Below the pieces are notes generated by a model. It was not told where the DNA came from. It did not search any database and was given only the letters and a program-made list of their open reading frames with translations. The position numbers and the translations under genes were made by a program. Positions 1 through 13,730 of a stretch of 64,000 nucleotides of DNA are shown here, piece by piece; the stretch's first letter is position 1; each line of letters begins with the position of its first letter. This DNA comes from Chrysemys picta bellii. Its lineage: Eukaryota. The stretch lies in the NCBI RefSeq assembly GCF_011386835.1, contig NC_088797.1:40858001-40922000 (forward strand). The letters are read 5' to 3'.

Positions 1-3000
1 GTGTGCCTCCCGCTCCAATTAAGGGCACAACCCTGAAGCTCTAACATGACTAAACCTAAATCATGTGACTAGTTCCACTGAAGTCAACACTAACATTAGT
101 CAATGGGACTCCTTGTGTGAGGAAGGCTTACTGGGAGTAAGTTTTGCAGGATAAGCCCTAACGCTGTAATACCTCTTTTAAAGAAATCATAGATAAAAGA
201 TTAAGGAGGACAAAGGAAACAATTCAGAGCCGGATCCAAAGCCCATTTAAGTCAATGGAAAGGCTCCCATTGATTTCAATGAATTTTGTATCAGTCCCTT
301 TGAAAGATGGGTGTGCTGTCCCTATCAGTGAGCTTTTAAAATATCATTTTAAATTTTGTTTTAAGTAATGCAGCATTTTACAGGAATGGCTAAAAACATT
401 ACCATCCTTTTACTGCTACGTTTGGGGCTATTAACTGATGAGCTACAGTCAGGACAAAATTCTGGCCCCTTAGAGTCAATGGAAATTTTGCCATTGTCTT
501 TAATGGGGCTAGGATCTCACCTGAGTAGTTTTGACAGGGTTAGAATTTTTGAAAGGAGAATACAGTTAAGAAGCTTGCTCACGTTTTCCCCTTTTCCCCA
601 CCAGAGAATGTCTGCTTCCTGAAACAGAGAGCTATTTAATGAGGAGCTTCTCGGCTTTTTACAGCCTTCTAGTGAGTTGTAGCAAAGTCAGCATTGGAAT
701 TCTTTCTGGGCTAGGATCTTCGTTGCAATATGACTCAGCATTGAGGACAGCTGGACATTGGGCAATCCAGGGCTCAGATTGGTGTGCAAAAAATATTTGA
801 AAGGGGAAATATACAAATTAATGTGGCACTTGGTAAATTATGTGCTGGACTACATTCCTATGCAAAGTAAAATACATCAGTAATTCCCCAGAGAATCAAT
901 CATTTTGGAATTAGAGCACGTCAGATGAATCTTGGCATCACATCTAAGAAGGAATATCATTCTGTCTTTGGTAGGTGTATTTTCCAAATTCCATTCCACG
1001 CAGTGAGTGAAAATCAGAGCAGGTCATGCACATGCTCACACAGATTTACTATATCCTGGCTCATTTCAGAATCCAGTACAAAATCTTCTTCCTAACTTAA
1101 AATCTTCCAAGATGTAATGAACTGGCAGGAGGTGTGACACACTCTTAACAGTAGCACATGTACTGGCATAATCCTACCAAACGTAACACCCTGTAATGGA
1201 AAGAGATAGAAGGCCAGATTCTGATCTCACCTACCTTGGTGTAAATCTGGAGAAACTCTACTGAAATCAGCGTTAATTCCATATTTACATCACTGTAACT
1301 GATGCCAGAATCTGGCCTAGACAGTCTGTTTGTAACTCAGACTTTCAGGCCTGAGAGAATAGGTATAATAAATCTAATCCAAGCATACCTAGGATCAGAA
1401 GTCTGCCTTTGGATGCATACAGAGAAAACCTGTTGACTTCTTAAGGAAGAATATTGCCCTTAGGTGGAGTACTTGTGTCAAAGGACACATGGTCATACTC
1501 TCGCTCTCTCTCTACATGTGCAATAGTTTGATGTTCCTAAAACAGAGGGGTCACTACTGCCTTAGCTGACGCATGCACCATTTTTGTGTCTAAATTCATC
1601 CACCCATAAACCATGTCTTATTTGTGGGAGTAATAAAGGGAGAAGTTGACAGACACACAGACAAAGAGATAAATGATGGACAGGGGACAAAACAGTTCTC
1701 TTAGAAAGGGCTCTCCTCGATCATTTCATGTTTGTTGTTGTTTTTCCTACAGTCAGAAAACTACGTAGAATACTGATGAGGGAATAACTAGACCAGTCTG
1801 AGATGATTGTTTTTGGGTTAAACACTTGATTCTCAGATTAGGGCACATGAGATTACTCACCTACCTGCAGCTATTTTGGGGAGTACAGTCTACTGGAAAA
1901 TAGAAACCACTCCCTTTTCTCAGTGATGGTTACCTATGGCTTCAGTTTCTAGTCACACAGCCTTCCTTTCCAATGACTACCGTCTTCTTAGCAAGTGATT
2001 ATAAGTAAGCTAGTGTTGGTCTCTATTGACTATGCATGGAAAGAATGGCAGTTATCAGAGCATGGTTTTCTGACTCACAGCTCGGCCATTCTCTACTAAT
2101 TGCCAAAGGCATAAAAGCCCAAAGGCAAATTAAGCAGAAGCCTAGAGTGCTGACTCCCCCAGAAGTAATGAACAGATTTCCCCTTTTAGACTACACAGGC
2201 TTACTGCCAAGGGGGGGGGGGGCACTTCGCAACTGGGTTCAGGCCCAGCTGCTGGAATTAGGCCATCGGCAGCTGCAGTTCAAAAATTCTGAAACCACTT
2301 GAGTTTATTGTAGAATGAACAGAGTACAGTTCAGTTCTTCCATTTCAGTTCCATCTCCTTGAAAACTCCTGCACCAGCTGTATTTGAAGAAAATAAGTAG
2401 TAAGTATGTGGATAGTTTTGGACCCAATCCTGCCTCCTTGATTTCAGTAGGAGCACACCTTGAATTTTACATATGCTCTATCTGGAGGGTGTAAGTGGTA
2501 CTTCGGGCTTGAGCTGACCCATTGCACAGAGGTGTAGTTCCCATGATAAGTGACTAGTTCAGCTTAGAGAGAACAAAAGGACCAGTCTATATTTCATCCT
2601 TTACATATAGTGCAAGAGGCCAGTGTTTCTGGAGCTGTGGGACCAAGGTTCTTATCCTGGCTCCATAAGTGTATGTGGTTTATTATGGAGAGAGGGTGGT
2701 CTCTCTCTATTTAAAGTTGCAACCATTGCAAGGCTGATTCTGCTACCTTCTGTACTTCTCAGTTCTCAGACTTTCACATGTTCAGAGTTAAGTCTCATTG
2801 GCAACTCGATTTTCTGTATATTTGGATTAAATTCAGCGAGTAGTATTTGAAATGAAAATACTTTAAAGTATCTTTGCTAAAATAAGTATTGCAAAGCACC
2901 CAGTGCTGTTTCATGTCACTCTGCTCAATGAAATCACTGCGTTCAAAGTATCAGGAGATTTTGCTATTAGCTCATGGAAGAGGTAGTTTTTAAATGTTTA

Positions 3001-4378
3001 AGAAGTTGCCATGATTTGAAAACTAGCTATAACTTGTGTTCAGTTAAGCCCCTGGAGACAAAAATAGGGCTAAGGAGCTTATTGTTAGCTGTGAGCTCTG
3101 GATCAGCCTGTTGAAAGGAAATTCCAGAGTCTGGTGAATGCTGACTCCTCCTGTATTCACCCCAGAATGCCCCTTTGACCTAGCTCAAAGCTGTTAACCA
3201 AACCCTGAGATGCTAAACCCATGTTTTAGCCACTAGACCATAGTGCCTCCAGTGAAACTGCCTCAAGTCTTGGCACTTAGACGAATTGTAAAATCGGGCT
3301 AACAATGCTTACCTATCTTTGTAAAGTGCTTTGAGATCCACAGATGTAAAAAGCACTCTAACTGCAAAGCATTATGATTAGCCATGATTTTCAGATAAAA
3401 TATGCCTCAGTTACTCTAAGTTGAGTGTCTGGCCCAGGTTTACTTGTTTGGCCTTGGCTGTAAAACCCAGAAATCTGTGTTCCAGTTTTGGGTCTAGTAC
3501 TGTACTTATTTCGCTATGACTTGTTGATATCTGTTAATAACAATCAGATTGAATGTAGGCTTTGCATATGCCAGCTAATTTAGCTATGGAATGAACATGT
3601 GCATCTTATCAGGTGTGCATTGAATGGGGCATGATTTTGAGGACCCATTATGAGCTTGGCCAATGCCTCTCACTCCTATTTAATAAAATGTTTACCTACC
3701 CTTTTGATTCAAAGTTAAAAACTCTGGGTCATACCTTAGCTGGTGTAAACTGACATAGTTCCACTAAAGTTATTGGATTTACACCAGCTGAGGATCTGGC
3801 CCAGTGTCAAAAGAAAATATGAAAGATGTAAAACAAGCAAGCAAACAAACAAAATTAGAAATTCCAAAAACCAAAACTTGTTTCATAAACCAATCAAGGA
3901 CAAGTAACAACTTATTTACATATCACAATTACAGAAGCAAGGAAGCTGATAGTTAAAGAAATTATAAATTTTTACACTGACCACATAATAAACCCAAACA
4001 TAATACTTATCAGTTATAATACAAACACCTTAAATCAGACCCAAAATAAATACTCGTCTTTCAAGAGTAATCTCAAAATATAAACACAACACAGAACCCT
4101 TGTGAAAAACAAATGCTAAAAGTTACATTGCTATATAGGCATGGCTATCACACGTTAATACCCCAAAATGGAAGTCCACATAGATATGTAATTTATTATA
4201 ATGTAATAATGTTTAAGGCCCTTCATTCAGCAAAGCACTTAAGCACATGAATAATCACATCTGTATTCAGCAAAATACATAAGCACATGCTTAGCTTTAA
4301 GCATGTGATTAACTCTACTGATTTCAATTGGGACTACCCCTATGTGCTTAATGTTTGAAAGATTGATCATGCAAAGTA

Positions 4379-4552
4379 CACTGGACCCCCACTAGAATGC
4401 GGGGTTTTGGATCCATGCGCAGTCCTGCGTTAACGCGGGGACCGCATTACCAAGGATTCCAATGAAGGTAATTAAATTTGGGATCCATGTGCGGTCCCAC
4501 GCTATAACCGAATTTGCGCTATAAAGACGCATGTTCTAGCGAGGGTCTGCTG
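4379..4552. mobile_element. Tc1/mariner (Tigger-like) MITE
   Basis: Degenerate terminal inverted repeats (CACTGGACCCCACTAGAATGCG ... CGCATGTTCTAGCGAGGGTCTGCTG) flanked by TA on both sides. Confidence 0.6.
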
Positions 4553-5674
4553 TACCGAGCACTCTAGCTCCAAACCAGAAAACACTTAAACACCTGTTTA
4601 ACTTTAAGCACATGAGCAGTACCAATAAGTCCTCTAGTCAACTGGAGGACTTGTGTGCCTAAAGTTAAACATATGTAAAGTCCTTGCAGATTGTGGCCAT
4701 ATACTTTTCCTATTACACTGCTTATTATAATTCTTTTCATCATTTAATATTTATACTACCCTTCAGAGGCCCCATTAGGAATGGGCCAGGTGCTGTGCAA
4801 ATACATAAAGATACAGTCTTTCTCCCAGAGAACTAATAATCCTTATAACATTATTCTCCAGAAACAGCATTTAATTATTTTACCAAAAAATTCTATTTTC
4901 AATTGATAAATATGTTAACTGAGATTTCCCATTTAACATAACTGAGTTAATACAACAAAAACCATGGAGGCAAATTTACATTAGGACATGGTAATGGAAT
5001 CAATTTAGCACTCTACCTACATATATAAAAAGTCTTTAAAATCATAACTATAATTTTAGCTATAATATACATTACACCTTTATGTTGGATAGATGAACTA
5101 TATCATTAACTAATGAAATAAGTTAAATAATAAACTAGGACTCCTGGCTTCTCCACGGCATATCAGATTCATTTCTAATCCTCGCACATTGCAAAACACC
5201 AGTCTTTCCAATCACCTCCTTCTGATTACCATCTTGCCTTTTCCCCTTCGGTTTGGAGCCAGTTTTTCTACATAGCCCAGAAAAGTTCTCTCAGGGAACA
5301 TGCACTTTGAGCAGCTGTTCCCTGGTTCCTCACCATCTGGTGTCCATCAGCTGCGTGGACATGTGCACAGTGGAGTGAGATGGCTGTGCAGAAGGAAGGG
5401 AACATCCCTTCCAGTTGCCTTCCCCCACTGCAGCTTTTTATTGACGTTTTGTACTATCCACAATACATAGAACAGCAGAAAACAAGCAGGGTTAGTTTAT
5501 GAGATGTTACCAGGGTCAAAAGACAGGTGACTCACATTTAGCAGCTAAAATAATCATATTCTCATTGACAGGGTGGGTGAAATTGCTCCCTCCCCCTTCA
5601 TTTTAAGAGATTTCTTGTAGCATGTGTTAACCCTTTGCGCTTTACAATCTGTCTCCCTTTGAATTTAGCTGTGA

Positions 5675-5835
5675 CACTCTGGCTACCTTTTCCAGACTTG
5701 AAGAAGAGCTCAGTGAAGCTCAAAAGCTTGTTTCGCCCACCAGCAGACATTGGTCCAGTAAAAGATATTGTCTCATCCTCCCTGTCTCTCACATATCCTG
5801 GGACCAACACAGCTACAACAACACTGCAAACAACT
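5675..5835 (+). mobile_element. Penelope-like element pLTR fragment with degenerate hammerhead motif at 5694-5733
   Basis: AGAC-TTGAAGA-A-GAGC-TCAGTGAA-GCTC-AAAA-GCTT-GTTT, followed by a tail (..TCCAGTAAAAGATATTG..CCTGTCTCTC) homologous to 19150-19222. Confidence 0.65.
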
Positions 5836-7221
5836 TATTGTCATAGGATAGTAAATTGTATATCTGGTTCTTCATCACAGAATCAGGGATTGCTGCTGTT
5901 AGAAGACTTTTGTCTTGTCATCTAGACTGCATACCAGCAACGCACTTAAGCATGTGTTTAAAGTTAAGCAATTCCCTTAAATTCCATCGAATTCAATGCA
6001 ATTTAAGCACATGCTTAGAGTTAAGCACATAGTCATGTGCTTTGCTGAATAGGAATGGATTTAATTAAGTGCTTTGCTGAACTGGGGCCATAATTCATAA
6101 TTCCTAAGAATTTTCTTCTTCCTGATGCTTGATTTAAAGGCATTTCGTATACTGCACTCTAGTATCAGGAAAGGAACTTTACATATAACTCCTTAGAAAC
6201 TTACTAGGCTATTGTGAAAAGAGTTAGAAGATACAGTGGATTTTCAGCAAATATTAAATAAAGTTCCACGTCTGAGATTTTAATAACTTGGAGCTTTTGA
6301 GCCATGGAAATGTGTGACATTGGGATCTTTTGAAAACTGTGAAAATAAAGTCAAGTTTATTTGTGAATGGCGTGTTTTGGAATTAGCTAACACAACTTGC
6401 AAGGTACTACAGGAATTAGTGCCTGGTACTCTGATTTTTGTGATTTATACACTTGACTTTGTTGATGGTCAAAGAGTTCAGTCAATTTTTTTCCATGCAT
6501 TATAAATATAGGAGCTAATCTAACAGAACAAGTCGGTGATACAAGAAGCATCAGTGAGTTGAAAGGAACCATTGGGATTACAATCAAGGAGAAGACAAGA
6601 AATGAAAGGCAAATAAAGCCTCTTCTGCATAGTTTAAGCATCCCCAATCCAAACCTCTGTGGATGCCTCTTCACTATACAAAGCACACACAAAATGTGTT
6701 TAAACAACACTGCATTTGTACTTCCCATGTACAAATTAACAGAATAGGTTGCATCTTACTTGTCTTTCTTAGACACAATGCTTTAAAATGAATCATCAAG
6801 CCTGGGAAGTACATGTAAGAATTCCTTTAAGCTGCTTTGCACTATAGCCTGGGAACACCAACACGGCTAGTAGAACAGTCAATAATGAATAGTTTCAGGT
6901 TATGGAGCATATACACATAGCAAAGCTACTAATTAGACAACTGTATACTATACCCCTTTACTCTGTTCAGCTACAGCCTGTTCTTACCTCATCAGAGTAC
7001 ATCTCAGAACTGTACAATTATTTCCAGATATGTCCAAATGCCTAAGCCCCAAAGCGATGTATGAACCAGGGAAAGATAGGCATTCGTCCACCTAACTTGC
7101 CTGCGGGGCCTGATCTGGCAAGTATGCTCAGATCATGCCTTTTGGATTGGGTCACTACAGATAAGTTTAAACAAAATGGCTGGGAGGAGGCGGTCGAGGG
7201 GGAGGAGGAGTTCCCTCAGAA

Positions 7222-7490
7222 CTTTTAGCCCAGTGGTTAGGGTACTCACCTGGGATGTGGGAGACCCCTGATTCAATTCTTCCCTCCACCCGAGGGAGAA
7301 AAGGGATTTGAACAGGTGAGTGTCATAACAACTGGGCTATGGGGTATTCTGATGTGTGTGTGTAGGGGGGGCTACCTTAGTCTCTCCTGTTGAAGATGTT
7401 CCACTCTGTATAAATAATAAACAAAATTCATTAGAGCAGGGGGACTGGATCCTGGGTCTCCCAAATGAGTGTTCTAACCAACAGGTTACA
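7222..7490 (+). repeat. Unclassified interspersed repeat built of tRNA-like (A/B-box-like) modules
   Basis: TAGCCCAGTGGTTAGG...GATTCAATTC head, then two reverse-oriented head-like segments. A homologous reverse-complement copy lies at ~11420-11690. Confidence 0.55.
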
Positions 7491-7594
7491 GAGTCATTCT
7501 TATGCTTGCTTATGCTCTCCTCCCCACCCTTACCCCTGGTCCAATCTTGAAGCTGTTACATTGTGGATAAATAATGAAAGATAATAATGAATGT

Positions 7595-8513
7595 GATTGG
7601 GCAAAAAAATGGCAGATGAAATTCAATGTTGACAAATGCAAAGTAATGCACATTCGAAAACATAATCCCAACTACACATATAAAATGATGGGGTCTAAAT
7701 TAGCTGTTACCACTCAAAAAAGAGATCTTGGAGTCATTGAGGATAGTTCTCTGAAAACATCAACTCAATGTGCAGCAGAAGTCAAAAAAGTGAACAGAAT
7801 GCTAGGAATCATTAAGAAGGAGATAGATAAGACAGAAAATATCATATTGCCTCTATATACATCCATGGTACGCCCACATCTCGAATACTGCGTGCAGATG
7901 CGGTTGCCCCATATCAAAAAAGATATATTGGAATTGGGAAAGGTTCAAAAAAGGGCAAAACAAAAATGTAGGGGTATGGAACAGCTTCCATATGAGGAGA
8001 GATTAAAAAGACTTGGACTTTTCAGCTTGAAAACAGATGACGAAGGGGGGATATCATAGAGGTCTATGAAATTATGACTGGTGTGGAGAAAGTAAATAAG
8101 GAAGTGTTATTTACTCCTTATAACACAAGAACTAGGGGTCACCACATGAAATTAATAGGCAGCAGGTTTAAAACAAACAAAAGGAAGTATTTCTTCACAC
8201 AACGCACAGTCAACCTGTGGAACTCTTTGTCAGAGTATGTTGTGAAGACCAAGGCTATAACAGGGTTCAAAGAAAAACTAGATAAATTCATGGAGGATAG
8301 GTCCATCAGTGGCTATTAGCCAGGATGGGTATGGATGGTCTCCCTAGCCTCTGTTTGCCAGAAGCTGGGAATAGGTGACAGAGAATGGATCACTTGGTGA
8401 TTACCAGTTCTGTTCATTTCTTCTGAAGCACCTGGCATTGGCCACTGTCAAAAGACAGGATACTGGGCTAGATGGACCTTTGGTCTGACCCAGTCTGGCC
8501 ATTCCTATGTTCT
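7595..8513 (+). mobile_element. CR1 LINE 3' fragment (ORF2 C-terminus plus 3' UTR), frameshifted
   Basis: ORFs 7574-8059 and 8074-8319 give [55 protein letters not shown]. Ends in a TTCCTATGTTCT tail. Confidence 0.93.
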
Positions 8514-8718
8514 AAGTAATCACACTATTAATCCTGGCTATTTTATTATTAAAGAAAGAAAAAAAATTTAAAAACCAGCAAAAATGACAGAGTGCAAGTG
8601 ATAAACTGGTGACTTCCATTATAATCTCTTCTGTATGTCTCTCTGCGGAGAGCTTTTAACTAAGATTACACCCTGGAGAGTGAAATGTCTTGGGGGAGGA
8701 GGGGATACTTTTCACATA

Positions 8719-9412
8719 GGCCTTGGCTACACTTGTGAGTTACAGCGCAATAAAGCTGCCCAGAGCGCTGTACCTCACTCCCCATCCACACTGGCAAGGC
8801 ACGTACAGCGCTGTGTCTCCACGGCTACAGCGCTGCTGGTACTCCACCTCCCAGAGAAGAATAACGTTTGCTGCACCTTGGCTACAACTCCTGGGTGTCA
8901 GTGTGAACGAGGAGTTAACTTACTGCGCTGTGATAATCTCCTTATCAAGTGGCCACTCTTCTCATTGTTGTGATCGGCTGCAGGAATGCGGAAGTGACGT
9001 TTCAAAGCTCCGTTTCAGAGAGAAAAAGCAAACAGTTTGCTGTTTGCTTTGAATGAGTGAGTGAGTGAGTGAGAAGCGGGGGGGGGCAGGGGCGTCTGAA
9101 TTTACAAGACAGCATGCTGATACACTCTCAGCACCCCAAAAACCCACTCTCTTTCCCCCGACATACACACAACACACTCCCTGTCACACTCCACCCTCAC
9201 GCCCCCATTTGAAAAGCACGTTGCAGCCACTTGAACGCTGGGATAGCTGCCCATAATTCACCGCTCCCAATGCAGCTGCAAGTGCCACAAATGTGGCCAC
9301 TCCATTGCACTGTCAGTTGTCAGTGTGGACAGATTGCAGCGCTTTCCCTACTCCACTGTATGAAGGTGGGTTTAACTCACAGTGCTCTACATCTGCAAGT
9401 ATAGCCATACCC
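8719..9412. mobile_element. PIF/Harbinger-like MITE
   Basis: Termini GGCCTTGGCTACACTTG ... CAAGTATAGCCATACCC with ATA/TTA 3-bp flanks; internal (GAGT)n. Confidence 0.6.
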
Positions 9413-10785
9413 TTAGTAAGTTAAGATCAGAGGAGATTATTTCCCAAAATTATTGTGAATTCAGTGTTAGTATTGTATTGGATACTCAAAACTGTTTATG
9501 TATGGGCAAAATAATTTAAGGGCAAGTGAAGCCTGTCTAGTTATTAATAATCTAAACTGTTTATAATTGGGCAAAGTTGACAATCTTAACTAAACCCTAT
9601 GAAATTGAAGAAAATATTTAAATTAGTTACTAAAAGAAGCCATTTAAGGAGCTTTCTTAAAACAGACCAATTATGAGTATTTAGAATCTTAAATCTAATT
9701 AAATCATGCTATTTCTCTATTTAACAATGTTTAGTCCCAGTCTCCTCACCAGGAATATATGGTCTAACCCATTTGATGATTCACAGGAGAAACGGGGGTT
9801 AGTAATTTAAGTTACAACAGCATTTTCATATCCCAATAAAACCATTACCAACGTGTAAATCTAATCCCTTGTCAGCAACTTAGTTAACTTTCTCTCACCA
9901 ATCCATGTTGGAATTTTGGGAATGTTTTGCTTAGGTTAGTTTCTTCCTGTTTTTCTTATCTGTCTATGGCAGTTTGCTTGTAGATGTGGACTGGATGCAT
10001 TGTGGAGTGTTTGCTGTCGAAGCAGAGTAGCAGGGAATGTGTATGTGTGTGTGTGTGTGTAGTACTCACTTCAGAATCTTTTATACACTTTTCATTCCTG
10101 TTTTCATGAAATTATAGGAAAATATACCTCTGTCAGGCTTGTTTAGATTCAAGTTAGTTGCCTCATTGACTCCATGCCTTCATGGGTAGTCCTTATGAGC
10201 CTCTTCATCTCATGAATAAGTAGTTTATTAATGAATAAGCAGCATTTCGTTTATCACCTTTGTTCTTCTTGGGCAGGAAAGCTGAATTAGCTTTGAAAGT
10301 TTTTCTTCTTCTTCAGGAAAGTTTATTCTTGGAATTCTTTCAATTTTATTGGAGTTTGACAGGAAATGAAATTCTGTTTTCAAAAAGACCAAGCACTCCT
10401 GTTCTTTATTTTATATATATATATATAGTAGTTCTCAAGACAGTTTTTTAAAATTAAATAACTTTTAGAAAGTCTTGTAGTTTAAGTTGTTGACATGACA
10501 ATATTTGGAACAACAATTTTTCTTGTCTTCCTGAATTGGGCGAGGGTTTGCTTGCGCACTGCCAGTAATTAATTCCCCATTAATATAAATATTATATACT
10601 TAAATGGCTTCATATATTAATAATTAGATTAGCAAGGTAATTAGATTCCATGTTGGTAGATAACGTATTTTACCATTTACATAGAAATGATTTTTATTAG
10701 TAGCTTTGCATTTAGCTAACATATTTGCAAATATGCATTTCACAAAGGTATTTGTAGTTTCAACACTGAAGAAATCAACAAAATT

Positions 10786-11252
10786 TTAAAACATTTCCAA
10801 CTATATGTTCTTCTTGGAGTTTCAAAAACACAAGCAGAGATTTTCCTTTAAAAAAAGGGGGTTGGTATGGCCACTTGACAACCTACATTTATGGCTCTGA
10901 TAACACACCCTACATTCCTTTTTACAATTAGACCTCAACCTAAAACATGAATGTTTTACATGGTTTGTCTTCTTGATGTTTGCTTGTCCTTGGCAAGGAG
11001 CAGAAACCTCCTGGTACATTAAAACATTTCCAACTATATGTTCTTCTTGGAGTTTCAAAAACACAAGCAGAGATTTTCCTTTAAAAAAAGGGGGTTGGTA
11101 TGGCCACTTGACAACCTACATTTATGGCTCTGATAACACACCCTACATTCCTTTTTACAATTAGACCTCAACCTAAAACATGAATGTTTTACATGGTTTG
11201 TCTTCTTGATGTTTGCTTGTCCTTGGCAAGGAGCAGAAACCTCCTGGTACAT
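10786..11252. repeat. Perfect 233-bp direct tandem duplication
   Basis: 10786-11018 equals 11019-11251 base for base, including the A7G5 run. The ORF track shows identical peptides offset by 233. Confidence 0.97.
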
Positions 11253-11419
11253 CGTTGATTAGTTTTAATATTTTGTAACCTAACTAGCTAAACATATATA
11301 TTGTTGAATTTCCACATACTTATAAAAATAAGTCCTAATAATTGTATTAATATAATTTTTCATCAATATTGAGATGTCTCCCTAAAGGCCAGCGAGCAAG
11401 CATGACTCTGTCACCTGGT

Positions 11420-11690
11420 AGTTAGACCACTCACCAGAGAAGTGGGGGACCCAGAATCCAGTGTCCCTGCTCCAATGAATTTAATTATTTATTCGGGGTG
11501 GAACAACTTCAACAGGAAAAACAGAGAGCCCTGACATCAGAACATCCTATAGCCTAGTGTCTAGCACATGCATCTGAGAAGTGACAGATCCCTGTTCAAA
11601 CACTTTCTTCCTCTCAGATGGAGGGGAGATTTGAATTGGGTATCTCCCACATCCCAGTGAGTACCCTAACCACTGGGCTAAAAGTTATGG
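11420..11690 (-). repeat. Second copy of the tRNA-module repeat (inverted relative to 7222-7490)
   Basis: Contains GTGAGTACCCTAACCACTGGGCTAAAAGTT, the reverse complement of the 7222 head, with collinear similarity across ~270 bp. Confidence 0.55.
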
Positions 11691-13563
11691 AGCTCCTCTC
11701 CCTCCTGCAAAAATGGTGGGTGCCTACCACCAAGAGAGGGTTGCAGCTGAGAACCCCAAGCCATGGGAGGAGCCTCCCTGCAGCCTGGATTTAGGGGCTG
11801 GGTTTAGGACACACCCCTTGTCTTGGCACCTCCCACTGTCTAGTTTAGGCAGGGAGCCTCCTAGCTTGTTGGCTTTTGTGAATCCCATTCTAAGGCTCCT
11901 AACTCTCCCCACTGACTGTACAGGGAGCTGAGGTGCCAAACTCAGGCTTTGTGAATCCCAGGGATCTTCTAGGTGCCTGAAAGTTAGGTGTGGTGATGCT
12001 GAGCATCACCACGCCCTAGTTTCTTTGGGAATCTATCCCCCGTCCACAGGTCTGCAACCACCATGGCTTCTTCAGATCCTTTCCACCCCTCACCTTCCAA
12101 CCAACTCCCTGACCCTCCTTGCTCTTCCCAATGGATTAGTGAATGGGTGATTGCTGTATTCATTGAATTATGCTTTCCAGGTACTTGTGCAGTTTTCATC
12201 CCACCCTCTCCTCTCATCTGATCTGCTAAGCCTCAAATCATAAATCGGTGTTTGGATTGTTATTTCATTTCCAGTTGTGGGCAGGAGGGCACGTGGGATT
12301 CTGGAGCAGCAAGGCTGGGCTTTCTAGGGAAAAACTGACACTGAAAGTCCCATTTTTAGAGAACTCTACAATGACGCTGTGGAGTCTGGGATCTGAATTC
12401 TATTAGCCGCTCTGCAAACTGAATCGCTCTGTGTTCTGGGGTGAGTCTAATCCATGGGGTAAATTAGTGTAGCCTGAGGATGCACCATTTTTATAGCTGG
12501 TTCTGTGCTACTACAATGATGCAAAGAGGCTAGCATGGATCTGACCCACCATCTCAGAAAAAGTCAAGGGAGACACTGCTCACTTGCTCCCCTTGCAGTT
12601 AAGAGGGTCTAGTAATTTGCTGTTGCCTTATACCATTGGCAGTGCCAGGAGACAAGCAAGCAGTGTCTCTGAGGCACAGTGCCTCCCACGGCTTTTTCTG
12701 GGTTGATGCAGCTCATGGCCGTGTCAAGAATGCCACAATCTTGCCCTATGGTTCTTAGGATATTATAGATGAGAATTTAAAACAATCCCTAGATATCAGT
12801 GGTACAATATTTGTTTTCCAAATTAACTTCTCAAAAGCTAATATATTACAGTGAAGAGACAAGCTTCCCCTGCAGCTATAAAACTCATTTGCTTGATGAC
12901 TTTTTTAAATGCATTTATTTATGAGAGTCATCCTGGGAACTGATGCTGCTATCTGTTATATCAGGTGAGCCTTTTCTGGAACTGGATTTCAGTGTTAGAA
13001 TTTATAGCTTCTCACCAAGTAATCTGGGAACTGTCAGGCAGATTCTCAATCACTTGCTGTGACTGAGCATAATTCCAGATAACTCAGAATACGTGATTCT
13101 TAAAAAAATTACATTCAAGAGCTGGGACAGATTGCACAAGCCATTGCTCTGGGCTTGCTGTGACAACATCCCAGATTCCTGGCTCATAACTTGGTTTTAG
13201 AGGACAGTGTTCAGGTACGGTCTTAGCTGCACTGGTATAGCCAAGGCTTTGCTCATTCTATGCCCCTCTCCTCTCATTCCCTGTCCACCTCCTGCCCTAC
13301 CTACTTATTCCTACATGCCTGAACCCAAGATCTGAGCCGTCCACACAAGGATCTTGTTCCTCTTTGCATCTCTGCGTGGGCCTATAGTACAAGTTACAAT
13401 CTAAACCACTGATAGAAGGATCAAAAATAGAGGACACTTGAATCTTTCAGCCTACCCATGGCATCACTTCCATTAGTGCGTCAAACAGCTGGAGTAATGG
13501 TATTGCTATCTTGCTATCTTGTAAATCTATTCTGCTATTCAGTTGTTATAACTACAGTACTAA

Positions 13564-13726
13564 GTATCAGAGGGGTAGCCGTGTTAGTTTGGATCTGTAA
13601 AAAGCGACAAAGAGTCCTGTGGCACCTTATAGACTAACAGACTATTGGAGCATAAACTTTTGTGGGTGAATACCAATACGTCGGTTAGTCTATAAGGTGC
13701 CACAAGACTCTTTGTTGCTTTTTACA
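13564..13726. mobile_element. Penelope-like pLTR fragment in inverted (fold-back) arrangement
   Basis: 43-bp inverted arms at 13596-13638 and 13684-13726 (2 mismatches) carry GGCACCTTATAGACTAAC, shared with 46810-46831. The spacer holds a 3' half hammerhead on the minus strand. Confidence 0.75.
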
Positions 13727-13730
13727 ACTA

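Noticed and set aside
6988-7091. Minus-strand frame reading VDECLSFPG..LRHLDISGNN (EGF/LRR-like words) ending at a GTAAGA donor
   Set aside because: The acceptor lacks a pyrimidine tract, the two motifs are incompatible and incomplete, and no neighbouring exons support it.
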